Part shown: piece by piece, positions 33,184-43,685 of the stretch
Layout of the letters: every line of letters begins with the position of its first letter
Position numbering within the stretch: the stretch's first letter is position 1
NCBI GenBank assembly: GCA_023245955.1
Contig: JAHFJI010000001.1
Coordinates: 1 to 44,294 of the forward strand
Source of the DNA: Candidatus Doudnabacteria bacterium
GTDB taxonomy: Bacteria > Patescibacteriota > Doudnabacteria > UBA920
Direction of reading: 5' to 3'
DNA length: 44,294 bases
Made by a program: the position numbers and the translations under genes
The notes under the pieces: model-generated
What the model saw: the letters and a program-made list of their open reading frames with translations, nothing else
The model's database searches: none
Told to the model about the DNA's origin: nothing

Positions 33184-34371
33184 TTGTTATTTGGTGATTG
33201 TATTTTTATGGATAAAGTACTTGTTGGAAAAAAGGTTTTAATTCTGTACACTGCCCACACTATGGGTCACGCCCGTATTGCCGAGAACATCGGCTACTGG
33301 TTAGGTGAGAGCGGAGGAGAAGTGGTCTTGCGAGAGGTCTTAAAAAGCAATCCGTCCAAACTAATAAAAAGATTTTTAAGTTTTCATATCTGGGTCAATA
33401 CTTATGTGCCTCGGGTCTGGAAATTTTTGTACATGTGGGGATTCTGGATTTTCATGATGCCCTGGCGACTGCTAGTAGCAAATTTTCAAAAGAGCGAAAT
33501 AGAAAAGATTGTAGAGACTCTAAAGCCAGACATAATTATCACCACCCAGACTTCACCTTCTGCTGTGGTAAGTGTTCTAAAACGTCAAAAAAAGTTTGCG
33601 GGACTTTGGGGGATTGCTTTTAGCGACTATCATTTTCACCGGGCATGGGTCTACCCTAGGGCAGACTTTTATTTAGCCAACATAGAAGAGCAGGAGATGG
33701 AGCTCACGCGTCTGGGTGTGTCCAAGGATAATATTTTTAGAATGGGTTTGGCTTTACCACCTTTGCCAAATATAGACAGAGATGTCATTCGGCAAAAACT
33801 GGGAATAGCTAGAACACAAAAGGTGGTTTTGGTGGGTAGTGGTTCGCTTGGAGTGCGTATGCCAGAAGAGCTTATGAAGGCATTAGATGAGCTGGTCGGT
33901 CGCGGTAAGAGCGAAGGCTTAGATATTACTGTAGTAGTCGCATGTGGGAGGAATGCTGGTTTGTGTGAAGAACTGGTGCGTGCAAGAGAGCTAAAGCCTT
34001 GGCTTATACCTATTGGCTTCTATGAGCCCATGTATGAGCTGTATGCTGTGAGCGATATTTTCCTTAGCAAGCCAGGGGGACTTACTATTGCAGAAAGTAT
34101 ACGTCAAACTTTGCCAGTATTTATTACCCACTATTTGCCAGGACAGGAGGAATTGAACATAGAGTATTTAGAAAAGCACAAGGCGGTAGTTTCACTCTAT
34201 AAACTAGAGTTTCACAAGTGGATAGAGCCACTATTAACAGAGCTGAAGCAGGGGCTTATCCGGCAAAGTATTGGCGTATATGCGGGGCTTGAGGGTATTG
34301 TTAGCCCCAATAATATAGGCAGTTTAGGCCATTTTGTAGCTAGTAGTTTCATAAATGACAGCCGTAATTAA
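33184..34371 (+). CDS. GT28/MGDG-synthase-like glycosyltransferase (MurG/UgtP-like fold)
   Basis: 395 aa. The ATG at 33208 (MDKVLVGKKVLILYTAHTMGHARIAENI) is the likelier start. The C-terminus has SKPGGLTIAES. Confidence 0.7.
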   Translation: MLFGDCIFMDKVLVGKKVLILYTAHTMGHARIAENIGYWLGESGGEVVLREVLKSNPSKLIKRFLSFHIWVNTYVPRVWKFLYMWGFWIFMMPWRLLVANFQKSEIEKIVETLKPDIIITTQTSPSAVVSVLKRQKKFAGLWGIAFSDYHFHRAWVYPRADFYLANIEEQEMELTRLGVSKDNIFRMGLALPPLPNIDRDVIRQKLGIARTQKVVLVGSGSLGVRMPEELMKALDELVGRGKSEGLDITVVVACGRNAGLCEELVRARELKPWLIPIGFYEPMYELYAVSDIFLSKPGGLTIAESIRQTLPVFITHYLPGQEELNIEYLEKHKAVVSLYKLEFHKWIEPLLTELKQGLIRQSIGVYAGLEGIVSPNNIGSLGHFVASSFINDSRN

Positions 34372-34449
34372 AAGAAAAAGATAATGTTTGACGGACTTTT
34401 TGGTTTGGGGTAGTATAAATGCAAGATTAGGAATTGAAGAAAAGTTACT

Positions 34450-35031
34450 ATGCCAAAGAAAGAAAGATCATTTTTCGGAAAAATAATGGGGAGTACGGAA
34501 GACGAGGAGTCGGCTGTTGTTAATCCTGTAGATGAAGAAGAGGAAGAGTTTGAGGAAGTTGGTGAGGCTGAGGTACTAGCTGATGAAACAGATGCAGAAG
34601 ATGAGGCTTTTGTGGAAGAAATTGAAGTAAAAGCTACAGAATCTAAGGCTACACCGGTCAAAACAGAATCTGGGCCACATGAAGAGTGGCTGTCTGACTT
34701 TGAAGGCCAGCTCAATATAGACATGTATCAGACTAAGGACAATGTAATTATCAAGTCCACCATTGCAGGGGTAAGGCCAGAAGATATGGATATAACCGTT
34801 GCAAACGACATGGTTACTATAAAAGGTGCAAGACAAAAGGAAGAAAAGGTCTCCGAAGATGACTATTTCTACCAAGAGTGTTACTGGGGCAACTTCTCTA
34901 GGAGCGTAATTGTACCGGTAGATATAGACAGCGAACACATTGAAGCAGACTTAAAAGACGGTATTCTCACTATCGTAGTACCAAAGGCCGCTAAAGCCAA
35001 GACAAAGAAAATAAAAGTAAAAGGGCTCTAA
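34450..35031 (+). CDS. Hsp20/alpha-crystallin small heat-shock protein with an acidic N-terminal extension
   Basis: 193 aa with an alpha-crystallin core (...DMYQTKDNVIIKSTIAGVRPEDMDITVANDMVTIKG...F.RSV.VP..ID...I.A.LKDGILTIVVPK). Confidence 0.85.
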   Translation: MPKKERSFFGKIMGSTEDEESAVVNPVDEEEEEFEEVGEAEVLADETDAEDEAFVEEIEVKATESKATPVKTESGPHEEWLSDFEGQLNIDMYQTKDNVIIKSTIAGVRPEDMDITVANDMVTIKGARQKEEKVSEDDYFYQECYWGNFSRSVIVPVDIDSEHIEADLKDGILTIVVPKAAKAKTKKIKVKGL

Positions 35032-35050
35032 AGATTTATCCGGTTTTATG

Positions 35051-35077
35051 ATCTCCCGCTATTGCGGGAGATTTTTG
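35051..35077 (+). terminator. rho-independent terminator
   Basis: ATCTCCCGC-tatt-GCGGGAGAT followed by TTTT. Confidence 0.7.
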
Positions 35078-35146
35078 TTTTACATATGGCTACATGATAC
35101 AATCAAATATATAGATAGTTTAGTAGTAGCGTGGGCATGTACACGA

Positions 35147-35220
35147 GAAACCTGGCCGGCCTTTCCATCTGGCTCAGGCAGGAGTACCTGATTCGCATAT
35201 GTAAAGGCCGGCCAGGTTTC
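35147..35220. repeat. perfect 18-bp inverted repeat (GAAACCTGGCCGGCCTTT / AAAGGCCGGCCAGGTTTC) with a 38-nt spacer, upstream of ftsK
   Basis: Read directly. Confidence 0.7.
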
Positions 35221-35286
35221 TTCTATAATAGGTGGCTTTAGTTCCCAGTTTTGGATTAAAAAAGTTAAAAGTTTTTAAAAAGCAGT

Positions 35287-37494
35287 ATGCCAAAAAAACC
35301 AGAAAAAGAAAAAAGACAGTATAACAAACAGAAAAAAGAAAGTTTTTTAGTTCATTTGAGTCCAGACACGAAAAGAGCCTTGGTGGTGGTGCTCTTACTT
35401 GCCTTAGCTTTGCTAACTCTCATGGGATTTGCCAATGTTTCCGGTGGGTTTGGAGTATTGTGGACGAGACTTATTTTATTGTTTTTTGGGACTTTTGGTT
35501 ACATGTTGCCTGTGCTGCTTTTGGCTACAGCAGTAGCCTTGGGCTGGCCTAGAGCTTTGGAATCATTTGAAGAGGACTGGGGTAAGCGTACTAGTGTAGG
35601 TATTTTGCTTATCTCCCTTGCCTTGGTCGGTGGTTTTCACATGTTAGCCTCTCGTTTGAGTGGCGTGGCAGGTCTGGAATTGGCCAAGTCTGGCAACGGT
35701 GCCGGTTTGCTGGGTGCGGCGTTGGCGCTACCTGTTGGTGGACTATTTGGGTTTTGGGCTGGCCTAGTCATATTTATGGTTATTTTGTGCATTGGCATTC
35801 TCATTACCTTTAACTTTCCCCTATTTGTGAAGCGTAAAGAAGTGGCCACGACCAAGCCTTTGGTTGTACCATTGCAAACTCCCGGCGCTATAAAGATTAA
35901 TAGTGCACAGGATGCGAATTTTACAACCAGTAATGTGGAGGCCGCGAATGTTCATGTAAAACCGGCCGTTGTTGCTCAATCACAAGTCATAAAACCCACA
36001 GATAAAGCTCTCTCAGAGTTGCCAGACGCAGTGGTTTTGGAGCAAAGAAAAGATTGGAAACTTCCACCTTTTGATTTATTAGACGACCATAAGTCCGAAG
36101 TGGATAGTGGCAATATAGAGGCCAACGTCGCTATTATTCAAAAAACTTTAGCAGATTTCGGAATAGAGGTAGAAATGGGCGAGGTGAATGTGGGACCAAC
36201 GGTTACGCAGTACACGCTTAGACCGAATACCGGTGTAAAGCTGTCACAGATTGCTGGGCTAAAAAATGACTTGGCGCTATCGCTTGCGGCACATGCTATC
36301 CGCATGGAGTTGCCTATACCAGGTAAGCCACTTGTGGGTATAGAAGTGCCAAACAAAACTAGCAGAATAGTGAGTTTGCGGGAGGTGTTACAGACTTCAG
36401 ATTTTATCAATCATGCAAGTAAGCTAGCCTTTGCTTTGGGCCGTGATGTGGCTGGCAAACCTCAAGTTGCAGATTTGGCTAAAATGCCTCATTTACTAAT
36501 CGCGGGTAGTACGGGTACAGGGAAAAGTGTGGCTCTAAATACTTTTGTAATTAGCCTACTCTATAGAAATACACCACAAGATGTAAAGCTTATTATGGTG
36601 GACCCAAAACGTGTGGAGATGACTATGTACAATGGCATACCACACCTATTAACTCCACCAATTACTGAGCCTGAGAAGGCAGTTAACGCACTGAAATGGG
36701 CAGTAAGTGAGATGGATAGGCGGTATAAGTTACTTGCCGAATGTAAGAAGCGGAATATTTTGGAATATAATGCAACTTCTAATTTGCCCTTATCTTACAT
36801 AGTTATATTAGTTGATGAGTTAGCCGACCTAATGGCTGTGGCTCAAGGGGATATAGAAGCGGCAATTGTAAGGCTGGCACAGATGGCCAGGGCCGTAGGC
36901 ATACATCTAGTTTTGGCTACGCAACGCCCTAGTGTAGATATTATTACAGGCCTTATTAAGGCCAATATAACCTCGCGCATTGCTTTCGCTGTAGCAAGCC
37001 AGGTAGACAGTAGAACTATCTTAGATAGCGGTGGCGCAGAACAACTGCTGGGCAATGGCGATATGTTATTTGTTTCTTCGGAGTTTAATAAACCTAGACG
37101 CATACAGGGTGCCTATGTGGGCGAGAAAGAGGTGAATAAAGTAGTGGACTTCTTTAAAGTGCAAACTGGTGCGGTTATTTATAACGATGATATTGTGGAA
37201 AGACCTAAACACGCCTTTTCTATCCCTGGCTTTGAATCTGGCGATGAGGATGACGAACTGCTGTCGGAAGCAAAAGATGAAGTTATCCGGGCCGGTAAGG
37301 CTAGCGCGTCTTTCTTACAGAGAAGGCTAAAAGTAGGTTATGCCAGAGCTGCCAGACTATTGGATTTGTTGGAAGAACAAGGTGTAGTGGGTCCAGGGGA
37401 TGGTGCTAAGCCTAGAGAAGTATATGGGGCGACCTCTGCAGAAGAAGGAGTTGAAGAGGTTACCGAGACTTCCCATGATACTGGAAATGTATAA
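35287..37494 (+). CDS. ftsK: DNA translocase FtsK
   Basis: 735 aa with N-terminal TM helices, Walker A GSTGTGKS, a motor domain and a C-terminal gamma domain (ASASFLQRRLKVGYARAARLLDLLEEQGVVGP). Confidence 0.93.
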   Translation: MPKKPEKEKRQYNKQKKESFLVHLSPDTKRALVVVLLLALALLTLMGFANVSGGFGVLWTRLILLFFGTFGYMLPVLLLATAVALGWPRALESFEEDWGKRTSVGILLISLALVGGFHMLASRLSGVAGLELAKSGNGAGLLGAALALPVGGLFGFWAGLVIFMVILCIGILITFNFPLFVKRKEVATTKPLVVPLQTPGAIKINSAQDANFTTSNVEAANVHVKPAVVAQSQVIKPTDKALSELPDAVVLEQRKDWKLPPFDLLDDHKSEVDSGNIEANVAIIQKTLADFGIEVEMGEVNVGPTVTQYTLRPNTGVKLSQIAGLKNDLALSLAAHAIRMELPIPGKPLVGIEVPNKTSRIVSLREVLQTSDFINHASKLAFALGRDVAGKPQVADLAKMPHLLIAGSTGTGKSVALNTFVISLLYRNTPQDVKLIMVDPKRVEMTMYNGIPHLLTPPITEPEKAVNALKWAVSEMDRRYKLLAECKKRNILEYNATSNLPLSYIVILVDELADLMAVAQGDIEAAIVRLAQMARAVGIHLVLATQRPSVDIITGLIKANITSRIAFAVASQVDSRTILDSGGAEQLLGNGDMLFVSSEFNKPRRIQGAYVGEKEVNKVVDFFKVQTGAVIYNDDIVERPKHAFSIPGFESGDEDDELLSEAKDEVIRAGKASASFLQRRLKVGYARAARLLDLLEEQGVVGPGDGAKPREVYGATSAEEGVEEVTETSHDTGNV

Positions 37495-37591
37495 TCTTGC
37501 GTCATTTATCCTTAATACTTGCTACTTTGCTTGAAAAGATTAGGGACTTACCTCGAGTTGATGGTAAAAGATCAAGAAACAAAGATACTTA

Positions 37592-38338
37592 GTGTATAAT
37601 AAAGATATGGGTGATTTTGAGGTACACAAAATAGTTATAGAAACTTTAGGAGAGTATTTAATAGGTCTAAGAGAAGATTTGAGTTTGTCTGTTGAGTATG
37701 TGGCTCGTGAAGTCGGAGTGGCTCCAAAACTTATTTGTTCACTTGAGGCTGGTAACTTTAAAGAACTACCTGAGTCGGTGTATGTAGTGGCGATTTTAAA
37801 AAAACTCGCTGCTAGGTATGGTGTTGCCAGTGGCTTGTTGATAGCCGAGTACAATCGTGAGGCTACTATAGCCAAGCAGAGTAATCATGAGTCTGCTAAT
37901 AACACATGGCAAGTTCTAGCACATAGGTTGGCTCCGTTTAAGTGGACTTCCATTTTCGCTGTATTTGGTGGGGTGTTATTTTTGGGATTGTGTGTGTGGC
38001 AGGTGTTTGCAATTGGCACTACACCGACTGTGCGCGTAACAACACCACAATCTGGACAGCGTGTCAGTGGTGGCCTTGTGGAGGTGGCTGGTTCTGCAAC
38101 TCCTGGGAGCGAAGTATTGGTCAATGGGCAAACTGTCTATGCTGGTAGTGACGGCTATTTCACCAGTAGTTTAAGCTTCATGCCAGGCGCGCAGACCTTA
38201 ACTATCAGTGCTAAGAGTCGGTTTGGCAAAGTTAAATCGCAGACTATTTCTTTTTTGGTTGAGGCCCCTGCCATGTCCGAAGTGGCAGGCCCGCCCTTGG
38301 CTAAGGGTCAAAGCTTAGAAAGTGCAGAAGTGCACTAG
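37592..38338 (+). CDS. HTH-domain membrane protein, RodZ-like
   Basis: 248 aa. The ATG at 37607 is the likelier start. It has an N-terminal HTH (LREDLSLSVEYVAREVGVAPKLICSLEAG), one TM helix and a beta-rich C-terminus. Confidence 0.65.
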   Translation: MYNKDMGDFEVHKIVIETLGEYLIGLREDLSLSVEYVAREVGVAPKLICSLEAGNFKELPESVYVVAILKKLAARYGVASGLLIAEYNREATIAKQSNHESANNTWQVLAHRLAPFKWTSIFAVFGGVLFLGLCVWQVFAIGTTPTVRVTTPQSGQRVSGGLVEVAGSATPGSEVLVNGQTVYAGSDGYFTSSLSFMPGAQTLTISAKSRFGKVKSQTISFLVEAPAMSEVAGPPLAKGQSLESAEVH

Positions 38339-38476
38339 TGCTGTAACAAAGCTATTTTATAGCAGTTTATGTGAGAGGCTTAATGGAGGCATTACGCAAG
38401 GCAAACTGCTGGGCAAAAAATTGTACCAGCAGGGTCTGTCCTAGATACATACGTAATTTCCAAGAAAGGTAATATT

Positions 38477-39547
38477 ATGGCAAAAGCTACGAAATCCAAA
38501 ATAGATGGTGATAGCGCAATGTCTGGTAGATGGAAAGCAGTAGAGAGTGCGCTAGATCAGATACGCGATAAGTTTGGTGAGGGGAGCATAATGAAGCTTT
38601 CTGACTCGCACGCTATGGACGTGGAAAGCTATCCAACTGGAAGTATTAGTTTGGACTTAGCTCTTGGTGTGGGAGGCATTCCTCGTGGACGCATTATAGA
38701 AGTATATGGTCCAGAGAGCTCTGGTAAAACCACTCTTACGCTTCACATGATTGCTGAAGTACAAAAAAAGGGTGGTTTAGCAGCGTTTATAGATGCAGAA
38801 CACGCGCTAGACCCAGAATTTGCTAAAAACTTAGGGGTGCATGTTGATGATTTACTAGTTTCTCAACCCGACTCGGGTGAACAAGCCTTGGACATTGCAG
38901 AAACTTTAGTTAGGAGCAACGCAGTAGATATAATTGTGATAGACTCTGTGGCAGCCTTAACTCCCAAAGCAGAAATAGAAGGCGATATGGGTGATAGTCA
39001 TATGGGATTGCAAGCTAGGCTTATGAGTCAGGCCTTGCGTAAGTTGACCGGTATAATGTCTAAGTCCAGGACTACGGTGATATTTATAAACCAAATACGC
39101 ATGAAGATTGGGGTTATGTTTGGTAATCCAGAAACTACAACTGGTGGTAATGCGCTCAAGTTTTATGCTTCGATTCGCTTGGATGTACGTAGAATTGCCC
39201 AAATAAAAAATGGTGAAGTAGTAATAGGGAGTAGGGTCAAGGTAAAGGTGCTTAAGAATAAGGTGGCACCACCATTTAAGACAGCAGAATTTGATATTAT
39301 GTATCAGCCGGGTAATTGGGGCATATCTGTACCGGGTGATATGCTAGATACGGGTGTAGTGCTGGGTGTAATTGCTAAGTCTGGCAACACTCATAGCTTT
39401 GGAGAGATTAAGCTTGGAGTGGGTAGGGAGAACGCTAAAACTTTCTTAAAAGAAAACCCCGAGGTGCTAGCTGAAATAGATAAAGCCGTTCGGGTTAAAG
39501 TAAAAGAAGGTGTCCCACTTCCTTCTACAGAACCCACCGAAGAATAA
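38477..39547 (+). CDS. recA: recombinase RecA
   Basis: 356 aa with [10 protein letters not shown] (Walker A) and the FINQIR loop region. Confidence 0.97.
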   Translation: MAKATKSKIDGDSAMSGRWKAVESALDQIRDKFGEGSIMKLSDSHAMDVESYPTGSISLDLALGVGGIPRGRIIEVYGPESSGKTTLTLHMIAEVQKKGGLAAFIDAEHALDPEFAKNLGVHVDDLLVSQPDSGEQALDIAETLVRSNAVDIIVIDSVAALTPKAEIEGDMGDSHMGLQARLMSQALRKLTGIMSKSRTTVIFINQIRMKIGVMFGNPETTTGGNALKFYASIRLDVRRIAQIKNGEVVIGSRVKVKVLKNKVAPPFKTAEFDIMYQPGNWGISVPGDMLDTGVVLGVIAKSGNTHSFGEIKLGVGRENAKTFLKENPEVLAEIDKAVRVKVKEGVPLPSTEPTEE

Positions 39548-39561
39548 ATAATCATAACCTA

Positions 39562-39593
39562 GCCCTTAAGTTAATAACTTAAGGGCTGTTTGC
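39562..39593 (+). terminator. hairpin terminator after recA (weak T tail)
   Basis: AGCCCTTAAGTT-aat-AACTTAAGGGCT. Confidence 0.5.
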
Positions 39594-39785
39594 TAAGTAG
39601 ATGTGTGACCGCTATCATATATCCATGCCCGGTAGACCCAGTAGAGCTCTAGGAGATTCTGCTGGGTAGAGCTTCTTTGCCAATGTTCTACTGGGGCGGT
39701 TAACGGTTTACATCGATTAATATAAATTCACTCAAAAGCTGTTCCGTTAGCATACTAATTTGAGTGCAAAGAAGTCTTACCGGAT

Positions 39786-39860
39786 ATGGCAAACGAGCAA
39801 ATATATGCCAGTATGGATTTGGAACTTTCGGGTTTTGATCCAGACGAAGCAGGCGAGTAA
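39786..39860 (+). pseudogene. 24-codon fragment paralogous to the 5' end of the exonuclease gene at 41314
   Basis: MANEQIYASMDLELSGFDPDEAGE* compares with ...YVSLDLELTGFDPDEDE. The 17-nt string TTTGATCCAGACGAAG(C/A) is shared with 41368-41384. Confidence 0.55.
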
Positions 39861-39931
39861 TTTATACTGCTCTAGAAAAACAAAGAGCCTGCATATGATT
39901 TGGTACATATGTAGGCTCTTACCTACTCTTA

Positions 39932-40417
39932 CTAATCGACAGCGATCCATTTGATCTTCCCACCCATGATGTCAGGGATTTGAAGCACAACTTTATTAGT
40001 ATGCACTTCCCTTTTTTGGACATCGCTCCAAACACTCCAGCCGAGTTGACCGTTGAGTGTAATTTGCAGAACCCCATTTTCAATGGCTGCTTTGTGTAAG
40101 AATACATAAAAGCAGTGTAGATTATCCTGTGAATCACTGTCGTAGATTTCACGAGCTATAATATTGCTTTGTTTTTTGTAAACAAGCCATATCCTAAACC
40201 AAAAGCACCCATCAACTCCACATCGTTGATTAAGTACTACTACGTGCCCTAAATTAACGGTTTCGTAAGTTTGGAATTGCTTATGGTATTGTGAATCCGC
40301 TTTAAGCACGGCTCTTTCGGCATCTTGTGTAGTCAGCTTCACGTGTCCCCCTTTGAGCGTTTTTTTGGTTCCATTATTGGAACAGCTGATTATGCAATAG
40401 ATTTTTAATAAAGGCAA
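39932..40417 (-). CDS. hypothetical protein (orphan)
   Basis: 161-aa ORF; no family recognised. Confidence 0.45.
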   Translation of the reverse strand: MPLLKIYCIISCSNNGTKKTLKGGHVKLTTQDAERAVLKADSQYHKQFQTYETVNLGHVVVLNQRCGVDGCFWFRIWLVYKKQSNIIAREIYDSDSQDNLHCFYVFLHKAAIENGVLQITLNGQLGWSVWSDVQKREVHTNKVVLQIPDIMGGKIKWIAVD

Positions 40418-40486
40418 TTACCACGTCATAGTATATGCGCATATATACATTTATTGACTATATATAAAGCAGATTGTATACTATAA

Positions 40487-41227
40487 GTGACGATGAAACC
40501 GCCATCAGTTACCAAAGACTTTATAGAATATGTAGGACTTTCCGAAAAAGAGCAGGCTATATACTTTGCTGCTTTGGAATTGGGCGAATCACTACAAGCA
40601 CCTTTGGCTCAAAAAGCTGAAATTAAACGTACTACCCTGCGTGAGTTACTACCAGATTTGCTTGGACGAGGAGTTTTAGAACAGGTAGTAAAGGGCAGAC
40701 GACATTTTATTGTAGCCAAAGACCCTCGAGTTTTATTAGATGAGTTAAAACTTAAAGCAGATAAAGCTATGGCGGACTTGCCGGTCTTATTAGCCTTACA
40801 AAATTCGCTAACCTCTAAGCCAGTAGTACGATTCTATGAAGGTATTGAAGGTATCAAGCTGGTGTATAAAGAAACACTAAGAGCTGGCCAGCCAATCTAT
40901 TCGTTTATAGAGGTAGAGGCCATACACCCGGAGATTCAAAGATGGCTAGCAGATGAATATACCAGGGAACGAACCAAGCGCCAAATCCGAGCTCTGAACA
41001 TAGTAAATGCCTCAGAAAAATTAACAGTCGTTATGCCGCAAAATGAATTTCGAGAAAACCGAATAGTAAGTGCTAAAAGTTTTCCATTTCGTATGGAAGT
41101 CCTTACATTTGGTGACTATGTAGCATTTATACAATTTAGGCGGACTGACACGCCAACTGCGGTGCTCATCCAAAGTCAGGCGGCTGCAGTTACCATGCGT
41201 TCAATACACCAGCTTGTGTGGAGATAG
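40487..41227 (+). CDS. TrmB-family transcriptional regulator
   Basis: 246 aa with an N-terminal winged helix (LSEKEQAIYFAALELGESLQAPLAQKAEIKRTTLRELLPDLLGRGVLEQVVKGRRHFIVAKDP). Confidence 0.7.
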   Translation: MTMKPPSVTKDFIEYVGLSEKEQAIYFAALELGESLQAPLAQKAEIKRTTLRELLPDLLGRGVLEQVVKGRRHFIVAKDPRVLLDELKLKADKAMADLPVLLALQNSLTSKPVVRFYEGIEGIKLVYKETLRAGQPIYSFIEVEAIHPEIQRWLADEYTRERTKRQIRALNIVNASEKLTVVMPQNEFRENRIVSAKSFPFRMEVLTFGDYVAFIQFRRTDTPTAVLIQSQAAAVTMRSIHQLVWR

Positions 41228-41313
41228 ATGTTTTATTTGGTTTTTGATATATCCTAAAGCATATTGCTTTAGGATATTTTTTATTTGCTGGTAGAGCTAG
41301 ACTCCCGTACAAT

Positions 41314-43560
41314 ATGAATATGGAATCTGTAAAATACGTTAGCTTAGATTTAGAACTGACTGGCTTTGATCCAGACGAAGATGAAATTATAGAAATTGGG
41401 ATTGTTACTTTTACTGTTCGCGCGGGTGTTTTGGTGTTGTTGGAACGGTATGAGTCGTTGTGTAGACCCAAGGCAGATGTACGAAATAGAATTTTAGGGC
41501 TTACGGGTATAGACCAGGCAGAAGTCATGTCTGCGCCTCTTTGGAGTGAAATATTACCACAGGTTAAGACTTTATTATCTGACGCCATCATTGTGGGTCA
41601 TGGGGTTAGCATGGACGCTAAGTTCTTAGAGACAAATGGCGTAAGTGTTGCTGGAGCTGTGCTAGATACACTGGAACTTGCACAAATATTTTTACCCACA
41701 CATCATAGTTACAATCTGGAAAACTTGGCCACTACTTTGGACGTAGAACATAGTTCGAGTCATAGAGCCTTAGCAGATGCAGAAGCGACTTTTGGTATTC
41801 TAGGCAAAATGGCTCAAATCTTTCAAAGTTTGTCTCTGGAGACTAAAGAGCGTCTCGGGGTGGTTGCCACGTCGCACCGGTTGTTGTGGTTTAACCTTTT
41901 TTCCAGTCTAATAAAACTCGAAGAGGCAACAGCAGATAAACAAGGAATGCCTGACCATGCTACTGTGGTTGCTAATTTGCCAACAAACTTTGAGTCCGGA
42001 GGTTTGCTTATCGGTCCCGGCCCTGGTGTAAAGGTAGTGCCTAATTTTGGAGAGCTTTCTACTTCTGCTGTGCCTTATGTGGCAGCTTTTAGCCAACGAG
42101 CTGAAGTGCTGAATTTAGCCAAAGAGTATGGAGTAAGTCCATATCTTGGAGCTTTTGAGCAAGTAAGAGAGCAAAATCTGGAAAATCTAATAGGAAATGT
42201 TGCTGACCTTAACCCTAGAGAAATAGTGGCTCTTTGTAAGGTGCTGGTCTGGCTGGGTACGGTAAAAGGGTTTGGGTTATTAGCAGAATTAAATTGGTCT
42301 ATTATTGGTACAGATCTTAAAAAACTTTTTGTTGGTGGCTATATGTCTAGAGTTCCAAGTGGTTTAGCTCTGGCGGACTTGCGTTCTATACCAGATTTTA
42401 CTGACAAGAGAAACTTATGGATAAGTCAGCTAGATGCTTGTGTAGAGTTTCTGGAGCAAAAGAGCGGCCTACAAGTTAGTTGGGCTGGTATTGGGGCACA
42501 GGTTAGAGCTTTAACCAAGGACAAAGATGGAGTCTCTGGTTATTTGAATGAAGAACAAGCATGCGAGATTATGGCTATCACTGATGTGTTTTTTGCTCGT
42601 GTTTTATTACTTTTAAAGCAAGAAATGCAATTGGTTTCTGGAAGCGTAGCTCTTAAAGACCTGGGACTGTACGAGATAAACCGAATTTCCCAGTCAGCCA
42701 CGAACTTTTGTGAACGCTTACTTAAATTTACTAAGCAAAACGCTAACGACACGGGGCTTAATAGAATTATTGATCAAATTACAAGGTTTTTTGACTTAAA
42801 TGGAGATAATGCGTTTGTAAGGTGGATAGAAGTTAAAGATGCTAAATGCAGTTTTGTGATGCGAGCTGTGGATTTATCTGATACTTTTGGTATCTGGGCA
42901 CGCGGAAAGCACAAAATTGTCTATCAAACAGATTTTAACAATCCAGAACTGATTAACTACCTTAAAAAACGCTTGGGCCTTAGTGTTGTCGGAGAGCATA
43001 TGGTGGAAAAGTCTGCGGAGGCGCATACAATTGTTTCTAATACCGTGGTAAGTCCAGACATTTCAGGCTACTTGGTTAATAAGTTAGTAGAAACAGAAGA
43101 TTGTTTGGTAATTTTTCCAACTCTAGATAAAATGAAAGCCTTTTACGACTCCGCTGTGGATAAGGCTAATTTGACTGCTTCGGTTATAGCGGTGGGGATA
43201 CATGGTGGGGCGCAAAAAGTACTTAGAAATTTTTCTCATAGCAAAAAAACTGTTATTTTAGCCGCTGTACCACAGTTAACGTCTTTTTATGGTGAAAAGT
43301 TGATTTGTAAAAGGGTAATATTTGCTGGAATGCCTTTTGTAGATGCTCTACATCCGTATAATGTGGAGCTAATTAGCCAATATTTTGCTAGTGCAGAAGA
43401 GTTTAAGTGGGTAACTGGTTTGCTATTGGCCACTCAAGTGTTAAGGGTGCTAAATTTTGCCACTGTGGATAATGTGGAGTGCATTACACCTGCAGAAGAA
43501 GCAGGGCTAGCCACGAATATGCTCAATGCGTTACTTATAAACAACTTATCCACAGTATAG
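41314..43560 (+). CDS. DnaQ-like DEDDh 3'-5' exonuclease fused to a DinG-like C-terminal region (no clear Walker A seen)
   Basis: 748 aa with Exo I DLELTGFDPDEDEIIEIG, Exo II VGHGVSMDAKFL and Exo III HRALADAEAT. About 550 further residues have no recognisable P-loop. Confidence 0.75.
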   Translation: MNMESVKYVSLDLELTGFDPDEDEIIEIGIVTFTVRAGVLVLLERYESLCRPKADVRNRILGLTGIDQAEVMSAPLWSEILPQVKTLLSDAIIVGHGVSMDAKFLETNGVSVAGAVLDTLELAQIFLPTHHSYNLENLATTLDVEHSSSHRALADAEATFGILGKMAQIFQSLSLETKERLGVVATSHRLLWFNLFSSLIKLEEATADKQGMPDHATVVANLPTNFESGGLLIGPGPGVKVVPNFGELSTSAVPYVAAFSQRAEVLNLAKEYGVSPYLGAFEQVREQNLENLIGNVADLNPREIVALCKVLVWLGTVKGFGLLAELNWSIIGTDLKKLFVGGYMSRVPSGLALADLRSIPDFTDKRNLWISQLDACVEFLEQKSGLQVSWAGIGAQVRALTKDKDGVSGYLNEEQACEIMAITDVFFARVLLLLKQEMQLVSGSVALKDLGLYEINRISQSATNFCERLLKFTKQNANDTGLNRIIDQITRFFDLNGDNAFVRWIEVKDAKCSFVMRAVDLSDTFGIWARGKHKIVYQTDFNNPELINYLKKRLGLSVVGEHMVEKSAEAHTIVSNTVVSPDISGYLVNKLVETEDCLVIFPTLDKMKAFYDSAVDKANLTASVIAVGIHGGAQKVLRNFSHSKKTVILAAVPQLTSFYGEKLICKRVIFAGMPFVDALHPYNVELISQYFASAEEFKWVTGLLLATQVLRVLNFATVDNVECITPAEEAGLATNMLNALLINNLSTV

Positions 43561-43656
43561 TACACATGGGTAAGATGCAAGTTCTATAATTTTCTTGACT
43601 TAAAATTAAAATAAGCTCAAGTGTATGCACAAATTTGATTAATACACAGGCAATAA

Positions 43657-43685
43657 TTGACACACTTATCTATACGTTTTAAAAT
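43657..43685 (+). promoter_or_regulatory. near-consensus sigma-70 promoter
   Basis: TTGACA (43657-43662), a 17-nt spacer, then TAAAAT (43680-43685). It points into at least 600 nt without a credible ORF. Confidence 0.5.
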
